DNA from: a bacterium
GTDB taxonomy: Bacteria > SAR324 > NAC60-12
Length of the DNA: 64,000 bases
Assembly: GCA_965205865.1 (NCBI GenBank)
Contig: CBDBHR010000029.1
Location: 736,001-800,000, forward strand
Direction: 5' to 3'
Shown: in pieces, positions 21,690 to 32,870 of the stretch
Layout: each line of letters begins with the position of its first letter
Position numbering within the stretch: the stretch's first letter is position 1
The notes under the pieces: model-generated
Told to the model about the DNA's origin: nothing
Database searches by the model: none
The model's input: only the letters and a program-made list of their open reading frames with translations
Made by a program: the position numbers and the translations under genes

Positions 21690-23325
21690 ATGCAGTATTC
21701 AATTGTAAATTACTCAAAACTCTCAGAACATCCGGAATTTAGAATTGATGCGGAGTGTTACAAGCCTTATCACCTTGAAGTAGAGCAGTCCATCGTAAAG
21801 AAAGGATTCGGGTTTATTCAAGACCACGCCACATCAGTGATAAATTTTGGCGCCTACTCTCTTTGTAATTAGTGCTTGGCAGAAAAATACTCAAATTGCT
21901 GATATTAAATGACATTTCTTCAATTTCATTGGATGAAGATTTGTTTGATACAGTGTTCAATTGGCCAAAATCAGCAAAAAATAGGATTTTTGATGAGTTT
22001 CCCCAAAATCTTCGTTTCATGAAAATAGGTTAATACCATTAAATATCATGTAGTTACCTAATTTTCTGCCAAGCACTAATTACATAGAATTTTTGGATTC
22101 CGGCAAACCATTTCTTGTAACAAAAGACATTAAGAATAATGTAATCGAGATTGACAATCTGCATTATATTTCTGACGATGTGCATTCATTACTGTACAAA
22201 TCGCACTGTGTTAAAGGTCAGGTCTTATTAACAATGGCTGGCGCATATTTGGGGCAAGCCGCAGTATTCAACGAAGATTTTGAATGTAGCTCCAATCAAG
22301 CAATCGCTAAAATACTACTTCACCCCAATTCGATTAATCCCTATTATTTGTCAACCTTCCTGAACTGCAGGCATGGACAATCCCAAATTGAGCGTTTTAG
22401 AACCGGCACGGGGCAACCAAACCTAAATCTCGGTTTGATCAAGCTCATAAGAATTACAGAAGCCAGTGACCAATTCCAGCAAAGAATTGATCGGGAAGTA
22501 AATGCCGCTTTAGACCTAAGACAAAAAAGCTCAAGTAATTACAACCAAGCTCAAACTATTCTCCTCTCCGAACTCGGGTTAGCCGACTGGCAACCCCGGC
22601 ATAGTCTTTGGTTTATCAAAAACTATTCCGACACCGAACAGGCCGAGCGCATTGACGCGGACTACTTTCAGCCGAAATATGAAGAAATCGTCAACGCCAT
22701 TAAAGGCTATTCTGGTGGTTGGAATGTACTGGGGAATCTGGTTACAATAAAAAAATGCGTAGAAGTCGGAAGTCAGGAATATCTTGATGGAGGCATTCCG
22801 TTTGTGCGAGTCAGTAATCTGAGCCCATTTGAAATCACCAAAGAGAAATACATCTCTGAAGAGCTATATACCGAAATCAAGAAACATCAACCAAGTAGAG
22901 GAGAAATACTTCTTAGCAAAGATGCAACCCCTGGAATTGCCTGTTTTTTGAATGAAAATCCAGAAAAAATGATACCGTCAGGCGGCATTCTCAGACTCAA
23001 AAACAAAACGGGTAAAATCAACAACGAATATTTAACCCTGGTGCTCAACTCGATACTGTCAAAAGAGCAAGTCAACCGTGATGTAGGTGGTTCAGTTATT
23101 CTGCATTGGCGACCCAATCAGGTAAAAGACTTGGTCGTTCCCATTCTACATGAAGAACCCCAAACCGAAATCCAGCAGAAAGTTATTGAATCCTTTAAGT
23201 TACGAAAGCAATCCAAACACCTGCTGGAATGCGCCAAACGAGCAGTGGAAATGGCAATAGAGCAAGATGAAAGCAAGGCTATGGAGTGGTTGGAAAATTC
23301 AATAAACGAACTGACGAAATGTTAG
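21690..23325 (+). pseudogene. hsdS: R-M specificity subunit (two TRDs), interrupted by a MITE
   Basis: FRIDAECY and RIDADYFQPKY, GTGQPNL; LCN-YIEFLDSGKP is restored on MITE removal. Confidence 0.85.
21872..22076. mobile_element. 205-bp MITE flanked by TAATTA duplication
   Basis: TIRs GTGCTTGGCAGAAAA / TTTTCTGCCAAGCAC. Confidence 0.9.
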
Positions 23326-23720
23326 TCGCTTTCAGACTCACTAATCTTCCTATAATTCTTCATAAGCGCCTTGCTAACCGGAGCATGACTCGGTATCTTT
23401 GACCGTCATGCGAACAGATGATTTTATTTTAAAAAAACGGGGTATTCCATCAATGGTACCGCCCATGCGCAGCAGACGCAATTGTGGGACACAAGAGGTT
23501 ATGGATTGGCCTGAAGCCCGAATTGATTCCACATCCTTGGACTGGTTATAATATGGATTGCAATCAATGCAATGGATCGACAAACACGAAAATTTTCTAG
23601 AGTCGCTGGTACGCTCGGTGAATGTAAAATTCCCTACTTGGCAAGAGTTGACCAACCGCCAGCATCGCCAACTTGTTAAACATGATATCGAGGCAGGGAT
23701 AAAGTGTGATGCATACAAAG

Positions 23721-25199
23721 CTGGACTTTAGACATATTTTGAGAATTATACTGCTTCCAGTAGCTGATAAATCAAGCACTTTATGTCGTCTTGAGAAAAT
23801 AACTTTTGTTCGGGTGATTTTTGCGAGTTGAAATATTTACAACCCCAGGTTTTTCGTCGTATAACAGCCATGAGGTCAGAAAAGGTAATTTCTGATTTTT
23901 TATACCATGAACTGCTTTTTGGCATCAGTTCCCCGTCACGATAAAATTGAAGAGCGGCACAGCAAATCAGTGAAAATAAGCCAAACAAAAGCGGAGTGGT
24001 TCGAGCGATGGCCAAGTCAGACCACTGCCTTTGGGTTTCCACTCCTAAATGGGCCCGTAGCTCTTCGAAAGTGACCTCTACATTCCAGCGCAGCATGTAT
24101 CGTTTGAGCAGATCAAGTGCGTCGATTTCAACATTGTTAGTAAAAAAAGCTTGAGGATTTTTCTTTCCATCAATTCGGACAAGGACCCATTTCACGGCGA
24201 TGGACAACTGCTTGGTTTTGTGCATCAAGGCCACCCCTGAAAGATAAGATATGGATTTTTCATCGTCCTGATACCAAGGGAGGAGCGCTGTTTGCCAAGC
24301 TTGGCATTCATCCTTGGCTAAAATTTTCAAAGCAGTCAGCAGGGCTCCCTTTTTTGCTTTGGGTCCTCTTTTACCTTGGATCGGCTCTGGTGGAAAGTCG
24401 TACAATCTGGCATCAATGCGCAAACGACAGATCATGGTAATATGGAGACGACAACATTCTTTTAAGAGATCGAAACAGGCAAAACCACCATCGGCCAAGA
24501 AAATGAGACGACGAGTGGGTTGCCAGCGGCGGAGTTGCTTAAGCGCTTGAATGCTCCAATCAATAGAAGTCTTATGTCTTTTGCCCCTATCCTCATTGGC
24601 TTTCTTTGAGGGTTGGAGAATCGTCCGGAATGGTAAGGCCCATTGCCGGGAACTCCAGGGAACCGGAACAATCAGCATCAAACAAAGCCATTCTAACCCC
24701 AGACAGGTGACTACCTGTTTGCCTTTTGATCGAAGCGCGTCACGATACCAGCCCTTGGCTTTGATTTTTTTGCCTTGGCGACGTTCTAAGGTTTCGTCAG
24801 CACCAATCACAAGGGCGGCATTAGCTGGCACAAACAAAACAATGAGCAGTCCTAATAAAATTCTGGCGGCGGCTAATCCGGACTAACGAGCCCGACGAAG
24901 GACATTGTGATAATTACAAAAATCAGGGATATTTCCCAGACCAACGGCTCTCAAACAAGAAGCAACCGTGCGACGTCCCTGGCAAAGAATCGCTCCCGTG
25001 ACCAGGGTTTGAGCCCATCCCCAAACCGATGGAGAAAAAAGCTGTCTACTCTTTGTGAATGATTATAAAAAGATTATAAATTCATTGGGAAGAGACAACA
25101 TGGCAAACTCCTGTATGCATGGTTGTTTTGGAAACTCCACCATACAGAATGTTTGTCTGAATCTCTTCCTGAAAATTTACTCAAATGTCCAAAGTCCAG
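23721..25199 (-). mobile_element. IS701-like element; transposase (from 25101) has in-frame stops
   Basis: TIRs CTGGACTTTAGACAT / ATGTCCAAAGTCCAG; DETLERR, ADGGF, RWNVEVTFEE; no TSD visible. Confidence 0.85.
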
Positions 25200-25298
25200 G
25201 TATGGAGGGACAGGTTTTTTTGCATCAATTGAGGAATCTTAATACAATATGCAACCTCAACCCTTTTTTTCAACGACACTGCATAATGGATTCCGCGG

Positions 25299-26177
25299 AT
25301 GCTGCTCAAGAATTTCTGTGATCAAGCTGGTCAGATTTGGGTATGCGATAAAAACACTGGAAAGATCGTTCCAAGAAATCCGAAAACTGTGTTCTCAGTG
25401 AGACACCTTTACACGAGTTACGATATTGGTCCAGTGCCAAAGAGCGAAAAATACGAAAAATTTCGCAGCGTGATCAAGCGCGACAGCAAATACGAAAACA
25501 CCCTCAATAGGATTGAAAGCAAGGCTGCACCTGTTGTCCAACGGCTCATTGAGCAAGCCCGGTGCGACAGATTCCCCCAACTTACGCCAGAAGACCGCGA
25601 CGCTGTGAAACGGTTCATCCTGGCTTTAGGGCGGCGGACTCCCGAATCTCAAAAGCGCGTGTCGTCCGGTAAGAATATCGATGATATTTTCTACGAAGCG
25701 GCTAAGGATATCGCCAGAAAGGACAACTACAAGGGTCTGCCCGACAGAGAATTGATTTATCAAGACCCTCGTATTTCAACATTGAAGGATCTCACCGGAT
25801 CAAATGTCAATGCAAGATTTGCTGCTGGCGATCATCCCCGCGAGCAAAGTAATGCAGAGCGATTCTGCCGTGAGACGGGTTTGATGGTTGCGGTAATTCG
25901 TATTCCGAAGAGAAGTTTTGTCATTGGAAGCCACGGCGTAACCATCGTTCAATTCCCAAATAAGGTTGCGCCAGAAAGCTGGATTCCTATCGCCTACGAT
26001 GTTGCGGTGGTTCCCACATCCTTTCCTGACAGGGAATTCTTGTTTCCACTCGGCGGTGATAAGGATCAACTCATCAAGAGAGTCAACATGGCCTCCTTCC
26101 AACAAAGTCGGCGGGTGGCAGGGTGTTCCGAAGACCTTCTGAAATCACTGAGTAAAACTGATCCGGTGACCTTTTGA
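25299..26177 (+). CDS. DUF4238-like protein, start region possibly degraded
   Basis: (WIPR)MLLKNF, HLYT, ENTLNRIESKAAP, RRTP, RSFVIG. Confidence 0.65.
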   Translation: MLLKNFCDQAGQIWVCDKNTGKIVPRNPKTVFSVRHLYTSYDIGPVPKSEKYEKFRSVIKRDSKYENTLNRIESKAAPVVQRLIEQARCDRFPQLTPEDRDAVKRFILALGRRTPESQKRVSSGKNIDDIFYEAAKDIARKDNYKGLPDRELIYQDPRISTLKDLTGSNVNARFAAGDHPREQSNAERFCRETGLMVAVIRIPKRSFVIGSHGVTIVQFPNKVAPESWIPIAYDVAVVPTSFPDREFLFPLGGDKDQLIKRVNMASFQQSRRVAGCSEDLLKSLSKTDPVTF

Positions 26178-26307
26178 TCATTTGCAATTTCTTTATTTAT
26201 AACATTCCCTCTTCAAAAACGATTGCGATCAAAAATGGGTTCCGAGCCTTCAACCCGATACCCTTACCCTCAAGTATTGTTTTCTTCAATACCAGTTATT
26301 CGGGTTG

Positions 26308-26769
26308 TTAAATTTCTATGGTCAATTCCCCGCCATATGGGCTGACAATGGACTCCTTTGAAGAATGAGTCCTATATTGAAAATTTGTTCTCCACAAAAA
26401 ATCCATGCCTATGAGCATATCAAAATTTTGACTCATGCCTGGTAATCCTAAGACGTATTGCCAAGATATATGTTTCCTTGGGATACAGAAGATTATCGAA
26501 TACAAGTAGCACTCAATTTCATGGCTCCCTGTGTGGACATTCTGCCACCCCATAGGGCGTAGTCCCAGTTTCTTGGCTAAAACCTCAGTAATTGCAGTTT
26601 TTATAGAACCAGTGTCGATAATGGTTTTAGCTGGTAATGACAAGATATTGTCCGGGGGGAGCTTGTGAATATAAGAAGCCATTGTCTTAAAAGTTATTCC
26701 CCTGGGATTGATAACTGTGACTTCTGTAATAAATTGACCGTTTTTTAGGGGGACTTTAAGACAGGACAT
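26308..26769 (-). CDS. Retropepsin-like aspartyl protease
   Basis: IIDTGS and DMLIGMDFL motifs. Confidence 0.85.
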   Translation of the reverse strand: MSCLKVPLKNGQFITEVTVINPRGITFKTMASYIHKLPPDNILSLPAKTIIDTGSIKTAITEVLAKKLGLRPMGWQNVHTGSHEIECYLYSIIFCIPRKHISWQYVLGLPGMSQNFDMLIGMDFLWRTNFQYRTHSSKESIVSPYGGELTIEI

Positions 26770-27016
26770 ATTCCATTATTCCCAATCTTACGGGTTCATT
26801 GGTGATTTCTTGAATAGAAAACATGTCATCCGGATATTCCTCCTGCCCAAAGAAGAAGGCATCCTTGGCATCAGGGAAAAACTGAATAATTTTTTGATGC
26901 CGTAGTAGTGCAAACTCACCTTTGTGTTCTTTTATAAATTCGGGTAATTGCGTTTTGAAAAAATCATAATTTTGATCAACTTCTTTTTGAATTCTCTCTT
27001 TGTCGGACTTGTTCAT
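26756..27016 (-). CDS. Small protein (DUF5678-like) coupled to the aspartyl protease
   Basis: NYDFFKTQLPEFIKEHKGEFALL..DAFFFGQEEY..FSIQEI; RBS AAGGA; overlaps the protease start. Confidence 0.75.
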   Translation of the reverse strand: MNKSDKERIQKEVDQNYDFFKTQLPEFIKEHKGEFALLRHQKIIQFFPDAKDAFFFGQEEYPDDMFSIQEITNEPVRLGIMEYVLS

Positions 27017-27347
27017 ATCGCATCCTTAGATTTATCCATACTTTCAAAGTTTTTCGTGTCAGGATTAAAAAAATACTGAGTTAAGAATCACCGTATGCTT
27101 TCAAATATCACAATTCCAGTCCTTATGTTTGATTATATCAAAAGATGTATTAGAATACGTGTTGTAATAACATTTTCATCAATACGTTGGATTATCAGGT
27201 GAATACAAAAAGCCCACACCAGGCTGGTCGAATAATCGGGACAACACCCCATTGATGTGGATGCTGTCGCAATTGCCCGTTTTACCGACAAGGACGTCTT
27301 CCAAGAATATCTGTATATTTGGTGGCAATTAAGCAACGCTCGGATTT

Positions 27348-27486
27348 AGATTTTGGGGAAACTCATCAAAAATCCCATTTTTTGCTGATTTTGGCCATCT
27401 GAACACTGCATCAAACCAATCTTCATCCTGTGAAATTGAAGAATTATCATTTAATATCAGCAATTTGAGTATTTTTCAGCAGACAC
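27348..27486. mobile_element. Partial diverged inverted copy of the 205-bp MITE
   Basis: Reverse complement aligns to ~21872-22011; flanked by TAGTTA just after the hsdMS stop. Confidence 0.8.
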
Positions 27487-27492
27487 TAGTTA

Positions 27493-30018
27493 CTATTTTT
27501 CATCGCCCCAAACCCGCCCAATGGTGGCCTGAATCTTCGTCTCGAATTGCTCCACCAAGTCCCGGCAGTTAGCGACGAGGGCTTGCTCCGCTTCGATCTC
27601 GGTGACGAGGGTTTGCTGGGTAGCCAGGGGTGGAAGAGGAATTTTGTGATTTTCTATCACGGATCTCGGAACCCGTTGCAGTCCACCTGTTCCAGTCATT
27701 TGCGGCTTGGCCCACACACGGAAAATTGGTGTTGCTGTGTACAGGTATATCCATTGAGAAATTACTGATTTAGTTGGTCTCAAAACATAAAACTCACTGG
27801 AACCGAACCCGACCCCGCTATTCAAATTCTTCGCTATACCAGCCTTGCCGTTTTCAAAGCACGGCGTTACCTTTGCGATAAGGACGTCATTGTCCTTGAA
27901 GTAAGTATAACTTGAACTGACATCTTGCAGATATTTGTAATCTCTGGCTTCAAAGTACATATCATTTTCGCCTATATCGGACATCGGTACGAATGAAACG
28001 ATTGTTGCTCCATTCAATGCGGTCAACTCAGATTTTCGAGGATTCACAATACAGGCTTCCCCCAACGTCACCATGGGCCAGTCGGGGTCGATGGGGACGT
28101 GGGGGCGGTAGTTGTCGACGACCGCTCTCGCGCCGTCGATGACTTTCTGGTAGCCTTCGATTTCTGCGACAATCTCCCGCTGCGCCTGAAGCGTCGGCAG
28201 GGGGATTTGAAACTCATTTAGAGATTTTATATTGATTCCGGCCTGCCCGATCCACTTGTTCGCTCGCTCAAGAAACTCTCCTTTGTGCCAAGCACTGTGA
28301 AGAATATATGCAAGGAAAGCTGATTCACAACGCTCATTCACAACACGAATTCTAGTCATGTGATTCGAGTATCCACCATTGATATGCTCTACGATGAGAC
28401 AAGTCTTACCAACCAACTCCTTACTATTCGTGTTATTGAAGAGAACATCTCCAGGCAATAGTGAGTAGTCTTCTTTACCGACAAAATCTTCCTTAGTAAT
28501 GCGCTTCAAGCCTTTCCATGTAAATTTACCGTTCTCAGTTATATTCATTGGGCGTATATGAGGAAATCCCTCAGTTCCCATACTCCTTTTTCCGCAAGCA
28601 AAGCCTGCCTTGATATCTTTGGCTATCTTCCTTAATTCAACTGTCGGCCATATTGTTTTTGTACGAATCCTACTCTCCCGATACCGTTCCCCGCTCAGAT
28701 TATAATCACCATTTACGGCAATCTTCTCCTTCTCCACGACCAGCCCCAGCGCGGGTTGGAAGTCATTCAGGGATTCACCCATGGCCAGACGGCGCAGGTA
28801 GGCGGTGATTTCCTGGCGCGCTTGTGGCAAGTCATTCTCCGCAAGCGGTCGGCGTTGAGCGCCCAGGTCGAAGCCGTCGTTTTCGACTTTGAAGAAGCCG
28901 ACGTGGTTCGTCCTTTTCGCCAGCGACCGGTCCAGAATGAGGATGGAGGTCTTGACGCCGGAGTAAGGCTGGAAGACGCCTGCCGGTAATGAGACCACGG
29001 CGACGAGATATTCCTCGAGCAGCATGCGGCGCAGTTGTTTGTAGGCGCTCTGGCTTTGAAAGATGATGCCTTCGGGGACGATGATACCGGCGCGACCGGA
29101 AGTCGTCAGGTGCTCGGCCATGTAGTCCACGAAGAGCACTTCGCTGCGTTTGGATTTCACCGAAAAGCGGTTGTGGGGGCGGATACCTCCCTTGGGAGAC
29201 ATAAAAGGCGGATTGGCCAGGATCACGTCGGCGTATTCGTGCCAGCGCTCCTCGCTGGTGAGGGTGTCGTATTCGAAGATGTGCGGGTCGACAAAGTCGT
29301 GCAGGTACATGTTGACCAGCGAAAGACGTACCATGTCGGGCGAGATGTCGTAGCCTTTGACGTTGGCTGCCAGTCTTGCTTTTTCGTCGGGCGTGAGCTT
29401 ACTGTTTCCATGGTCATCGGTGTTGTTGGCAAGAACGTGCTTGTAGGAGGAGATGAGGAATCCGGCGGTGCCGCAAGCCGGGTCGAGCAACGTTTCGTCC
29501 TTCTTGGGATCGATGACGGCGACGATGAAGTCGATGATATGGCGTGGGGTGCGGAACTGACCCGCGTCGCCCTGGGAACCGAGGACGGAGAGCAGGTACT
29601 CGAAAGCGTCTCCCAGACGTTCCGAGTGATCGTAGCTGAACTCGTCGATGATTTCGAGGAAGGCCCTCAGCGTCTGCGGGTCACGATAGGGCAAGTAGGC
29701 GTTCTTGAAGACGTCGCGGAAGAGCGGGGGGATACCCGGATTCTGCGGCATCCCGTCAATGGCCTCGGCATAGAGATTGAGGATTTCGTGACCACCCAGC
29801 CCGTGGTGGATCAGCCTGGCCCAGCCGTAGCGGGCGAAGTCGCCGGCAAAGAACTTGCGCTTACCGCCCCACTCCTCACTCTGGGCGTCGATGTCATCCA
29901 TGAATTTATAGATGAGGGCGATAGTGATCTGCTCGACCTGGCTCTTGGGATCGGGAACTTTGCCCACCAGGATGTCGCGGGCAGTGTCGATGCGGCGTTT
30001 GGTGTCGGTGTCCAGCAT
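27493..30018 (-). CDS. Fused type I HsdM-HsdS (N6-methyltransferase + two TRDs)
   Basis: GQFRTPR, DPACGTAGF, NPPF, IPLPTLQAQ and IPLPPLATQ. Confidence 0.9.
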   Translation of the reverse strand: MLDTDTKRRIDTARDILVGKVPDPKSQVEQITIALIYKFMDDIDAQSEEWGGKRKFFAGDFARYGWARLIHHGLGGHEILNLYAEAIDGMPQNPGIPPLFRDVFKNAYLPYRDPQTLRAFLEIIDEFSYDHSERLGDAFEYLLSVLGSQGDAGQFRTPRHIIDFIVAVIDPKKDETLLDPACGTAGFLISSYKHVLANNTDDHGNSKLTPDEKARLAANVKGYDISPDMVRLSLVNMYLHDFVDPHIFEYDTLTSEERWHEYADVILANPPFMSPKGGIRPHNRFSVKSKRSEVLFVDYMAEHLTTSGRAGIIVPEGIIFQSQSAYKQLRRMLLEEYLVAVVSLPAGVFQPYSGVKTSILILDRSLAKRTNHVGFFKVENDGFDLGAQRRPLAENDLPQARQEITAYLRRLAMGESLNDFQPALGLVVEKEKIAVNGDYNLSGERYRESRIRTKTIWPTVELRKIAKDIKAGFACGKRSMGTEGFPHIRPMNITENGKFTWKGLKRITKEDFVGKEDYSLLPGDVLFNNTNSKELVGKTCLIVEHINGGYSNHMTRIRVVNERCESAFLAYILHSAWHKGEFLERANKWIGQAGINIKSLNEFQIPLPTLQAQREIVAEIEGYQKVIDGARAVVDNYRPHVPIDPDWPMVTLGEACIVNPRKSELTALNGATIVSFVPMSDIGENDMYFEARDYKYLQDVSSSYTYFKDNDVLIAKVTPCFENGKAGIAKNLNSGVGFGSSEFYVLRPTKSVISQWIYLYTATPIFRVWAKPQMTGTGGLQRVPRSVIENHKIPLPPLATQQTLVTEIEAEQALVANCRDLVEQFETKIQATIGRVWGDEK

Positions 30019-30237
30019 AATGCTTTTTTTTCTTCTTCAACAAAACAAGAAAGTGACCGCGTAACTTCCATCGCGGCGCAAAGCGCAATATACCGCTGTC
30101 GCAATGATGTGGCAATCCACTTTATCGCGTCCGGCGCAAAAAAGACGCATACTCCCGAATCTCCCGCATAATCCTCTGTACAGAGGAAAGGGGATGTACT
30201 AATCTGGTCGTATTCTTTCTCTCAAAAGGACACCGGT

Positions 30238-32769
30238 ATGAAACGGCTGCTCGATCGACTCGATCTGTATTTCGAGAAAACCCCGGACCGCATCAGACAA
30301 CATCGCCTCCTGGTGGTGACGCTCCTTCTGCTTGCCGTCGTTCTACCGGCTCTCAGCATTCCCCGCATTTCCATCGATATGACCCTGGAGTCCTACCTGA
30401 AAAAAGATGATCCGATCAAGGTCGTTTATGACCGGTTCCGGGAAACCTTCAGCAGTGATGAGGTCGTCTATATTGTTTATGAAGCCAAGAACGGGGATGT
30501 TTTATCCGCAAGTTCCTTGAATGCCTTGTATGCCTTGCACCAGGAATTGGAAGAAAGCAGCGGCGGTTTTACAGAGGAAGAAAGCTCGCCCCTCGATCAT
30601 TTAACAGACGTCAGCAGCCTGATCAACGTCAGTTACCTGGAAGTGCAGGGGGACACCCTGTATTCCCGGGACTTTGTCGGCTCCGATCTTCCAAAAACGG
30701 CAATGCAACGGGAGCAACTACGAAGGCAGGCATTGGCGCACCCGGACTATCCCCAATTCTATATTTCGCAAGATTCCCGCTTTGGAGGGATTCTGATTCG
30801 AACAGACTTCGGCGTTATTCCCCTGGAAGACGAGGAAGAATTCGAGACCATCGAGTCCGACGTCCTCAGTGCTGAAAATGAAGGTTTCCCGGAGGATCCC
30901 ACGGAATTCAAGGCAACCTCCATGGAGGAATATGCGGACTTCAACCGGGCCATCGAGCAAATCCTGCAAAAACCGCAATACCAGGAGGCATTCCATTTCT
31001 ATGCGGTGGGCAACCCGCCATTGATGGGATTCGTAAACGACGTTATCTTGAAAGAGCTCAACTGGGTTTTTCTTGGCACGATCTCCCTGATCATGCTCAC
31101 TCTTTGGTTTTTATTCCGTTCATTCAGCGCAGTGGTTTGGCCTTTGCTGGTTGTCGTTTTGTCGGTTGTGATGACATGCGGGTTGATCGGCTGGCTTGGA
31201 CTGACCATGACGCTGATGATCAACGTATTGATATTACTTTTGATCGTGGTGGGCATTGCGGACGTGATTCACATTCTATCGGGTTATCTTTTTTTCCGTC
31301 GACAAGGTCTCGAGCATGCGGCAGCCTTGCGTGCCGTTTACAGGAAATCCGGATTGGCCTGTCTGCTGACCAGCGTGACGACCTCGATGGGCTTGCTCTC
31401 GCTGGTCTTCGTGCCGATCGTGCCCATCCGGGATTTTGGCTTATCGGCGGCAATTGGTGTCATGCTGGCCTTTTTCCTCACCATCTTCATGCTGCCATTG
31501 ATGCTGGACCTTTGGTCTCCCGTTTCTCGAAAACGCGCGGCGAAAATGGCCCGTGAAGCAGGCAGGCAACCACTCGTGCAGAAATTTCTCGATCAATTGG
31601 AAACACTGGCACTGAAATCCCCCTGGACCGTCGTACTGATTTTCTTGACAATTGCAGTGGTGAGTTTATATGGTCTCACGCAAGTGAAGATCGAGACCAA
31701 TCTCGTTTCGATCTTCAAGGAAGGTTTGCCCATTCGGCAAGCATATCAAGTGGTGGATCGCTATATGGGCGGGGCCAACAATATGGAAATCTACATCGAT
31801 CTGGAGCAAGCGGATGCCCTCAGGGATCCGCAAGTGCTGAAAGCCATGGAACACGTCCAACACACCCTGGAAACCGAACATAGTCCTCCGGTAGTGCAAA
31901 CCGCGTCTCTGGTCGACGTGGTGAAAAGCACGTTCAAGGCATTGAATGAAGATCGAGAGGAAATGTTCGTCATTCCCGAAAATGAAGGAATGCTGCAACA
32001 GACCCTGTTCATGTTTGAAACCGCAAATCCCGATGACCGCCAATTGCTGGTTCCTGATGACTACAGCCAGGGCAGAATTTCAGTACGGGTACTCAATGCG
32101 GGGTCGATGGAATATGTGGACTTTATGGATCAGGTGAAGCAGTTGCTTGAAAGGACCTTCTCCCCTCTGAAAAGCCGTTATCCAACCCTGAAAGTTGAAA
32201 TCACGGGAAACCTGGGAATGATGATGAAGACGGTGGATTATATCAGCCGGTCTCAAATACAAAGCTTCAGCATTGCTTTGGGAGTGGTCAGCCTTCTTCT
32301 CCTGGTAGTCTTCGGCTCCATCCGGGTGGGGTTGCTTGCCATGATTCCCAACGTCCTCCCTATCGTCGTCACTTTTGGCGTGATGGGCTTTTTCGACATC
32401 AGTCTGGACGTGGATACGCTGATTATCACCCCCCTCATCATTGGAATATCCGTGGACGACACGATTCATTTCCTCACCCATTATCGTGCCGAAGTCCTGC
32501 AGCATGCCGATATCAGAGCGGCAATACGTAGAGCCATTAAAGAAGCAGGACAGGCCATATCTTTCACTTCTCTGGTGCTCATCACGGGATTCCTTTTCTT
32601 GATAATTTCCTCTCACCAGGGATTGGCTAATTTCGGAATCCTCAGCGCAGTGGCCATTGGCACCGCCTTGATTGCCGATTTGATTCTATTGCCCGCATTT
32701 TGCCAGATCGGCAACCTCACCTTCGGACAAGCAAGCTTGACACCGCAAACTTCCACCACGACTCGTTGA
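30238..32769 (+). CDS. MMPL/RND-superfamily transporter
   Basis: Two TM bundles, GIADVIH, GISVDDTIHF. Confidence 0.88.
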   Translation: MKRLLDRLDLYFEKTPDRIRQHRLLVVTLLLLAVVLPALSIPRISIDMTLESYLKKDDPIKVVYDRFRETFSSDEVVYIVYEAKNGDVLSASSLNALYALHQELEESSGGFTEEESSPLDHLTDVSSLINVSYLEVQGDTLYSRDFVGSDLPKTAMQREQLRRQALAHPDYPQFYISQDSRFGGILIRTDFGVIPLEDEEEFETIESDVLSAENEGFPEDPTEFKATSMEEYADFNRAIEQILQKPQYQEAFHFYAVGNPPLMGFVNDVILKELNWVFLGTISLIMLTLWFLFRSFSAVVWPLLVVVLSVVMTCGLIGWLGLTMTLMINVLILLLIVVGIADVIHILSGYLFFRRQGLEHAAALRAVYRKSGLACLLTSVTTSMGLLSLVFVPIVPIRDFGLSAAIGVMLAFFLTIFMLPLMLDLWSPVSRKRAAKMAREAGRQPLVQKFLDQLETLALKSPWTVVLIFLTIAVVSLYGLTQVKIETNLVSIFKEGLPIRQAYQVVDRYMGGANNMEIYIDLEQADALRDPQVLKAMEHVQHTLETEHSPPVVQTASLVDVVKSTFKALNEDREEMFVIPENEGMLQQTLFMFETANPDDRQLLVPDDYSQGRISVRVLNAGSMEYVDFMDQVKQLLERTFSPLKSRYPTLKVEITGNLGMMMKTVDYISRSQIQSFSIALGVVSLLLLVVFGSIRVGLLAMIPNVLPIVVTFGVMGFFDISLDVDTLIITPLIIGISVDDTIHFLTHYRAEVLQHADIRAAIRRAIKEAGQAISFTSLVLITGFLFLIISSHQGLANFGILSAVAIGTALIADLILLPAFCQIGNLTFGQASLTPQTSTTTR

Positions 32770-32870
32770 TGGTGGATCCTATCGAGTTATGTTAAAATCA
32801 CGTTGATTATTAGTCCGGAAAGGAAAATGCGAGTAAGTAGCCCCAAAAAAGTGCTAAGGAGCAACACAAA

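Noticed and set aside
23374-23720. Possible ORF or transposase relic
   Set aside because: Interrupted by stops, with no motif I could assign confidently.
26251-26307. Hairpin after the aspartyl protease as attC
   Set aside because: The R boxes do not pair as RYYYAAC/GTTRRRY; a terminator-like structure is more likely.
27133-27340. Possible RAYT relic (VWAFCIHLII)
   Set aside because: Too degenerate to support.
19347-30018. Convergent hsdS genes as an invertible shufflon
   Set aside because: No shared inverted repeats or recombinase were seen, and the two S regions look unrelated.
29035-30171. 378-aa plus-strand ORF
   Set aside because: Antisense shadow of the GC-rich hsdM; the same applies to most overlapping ORFs in the track.
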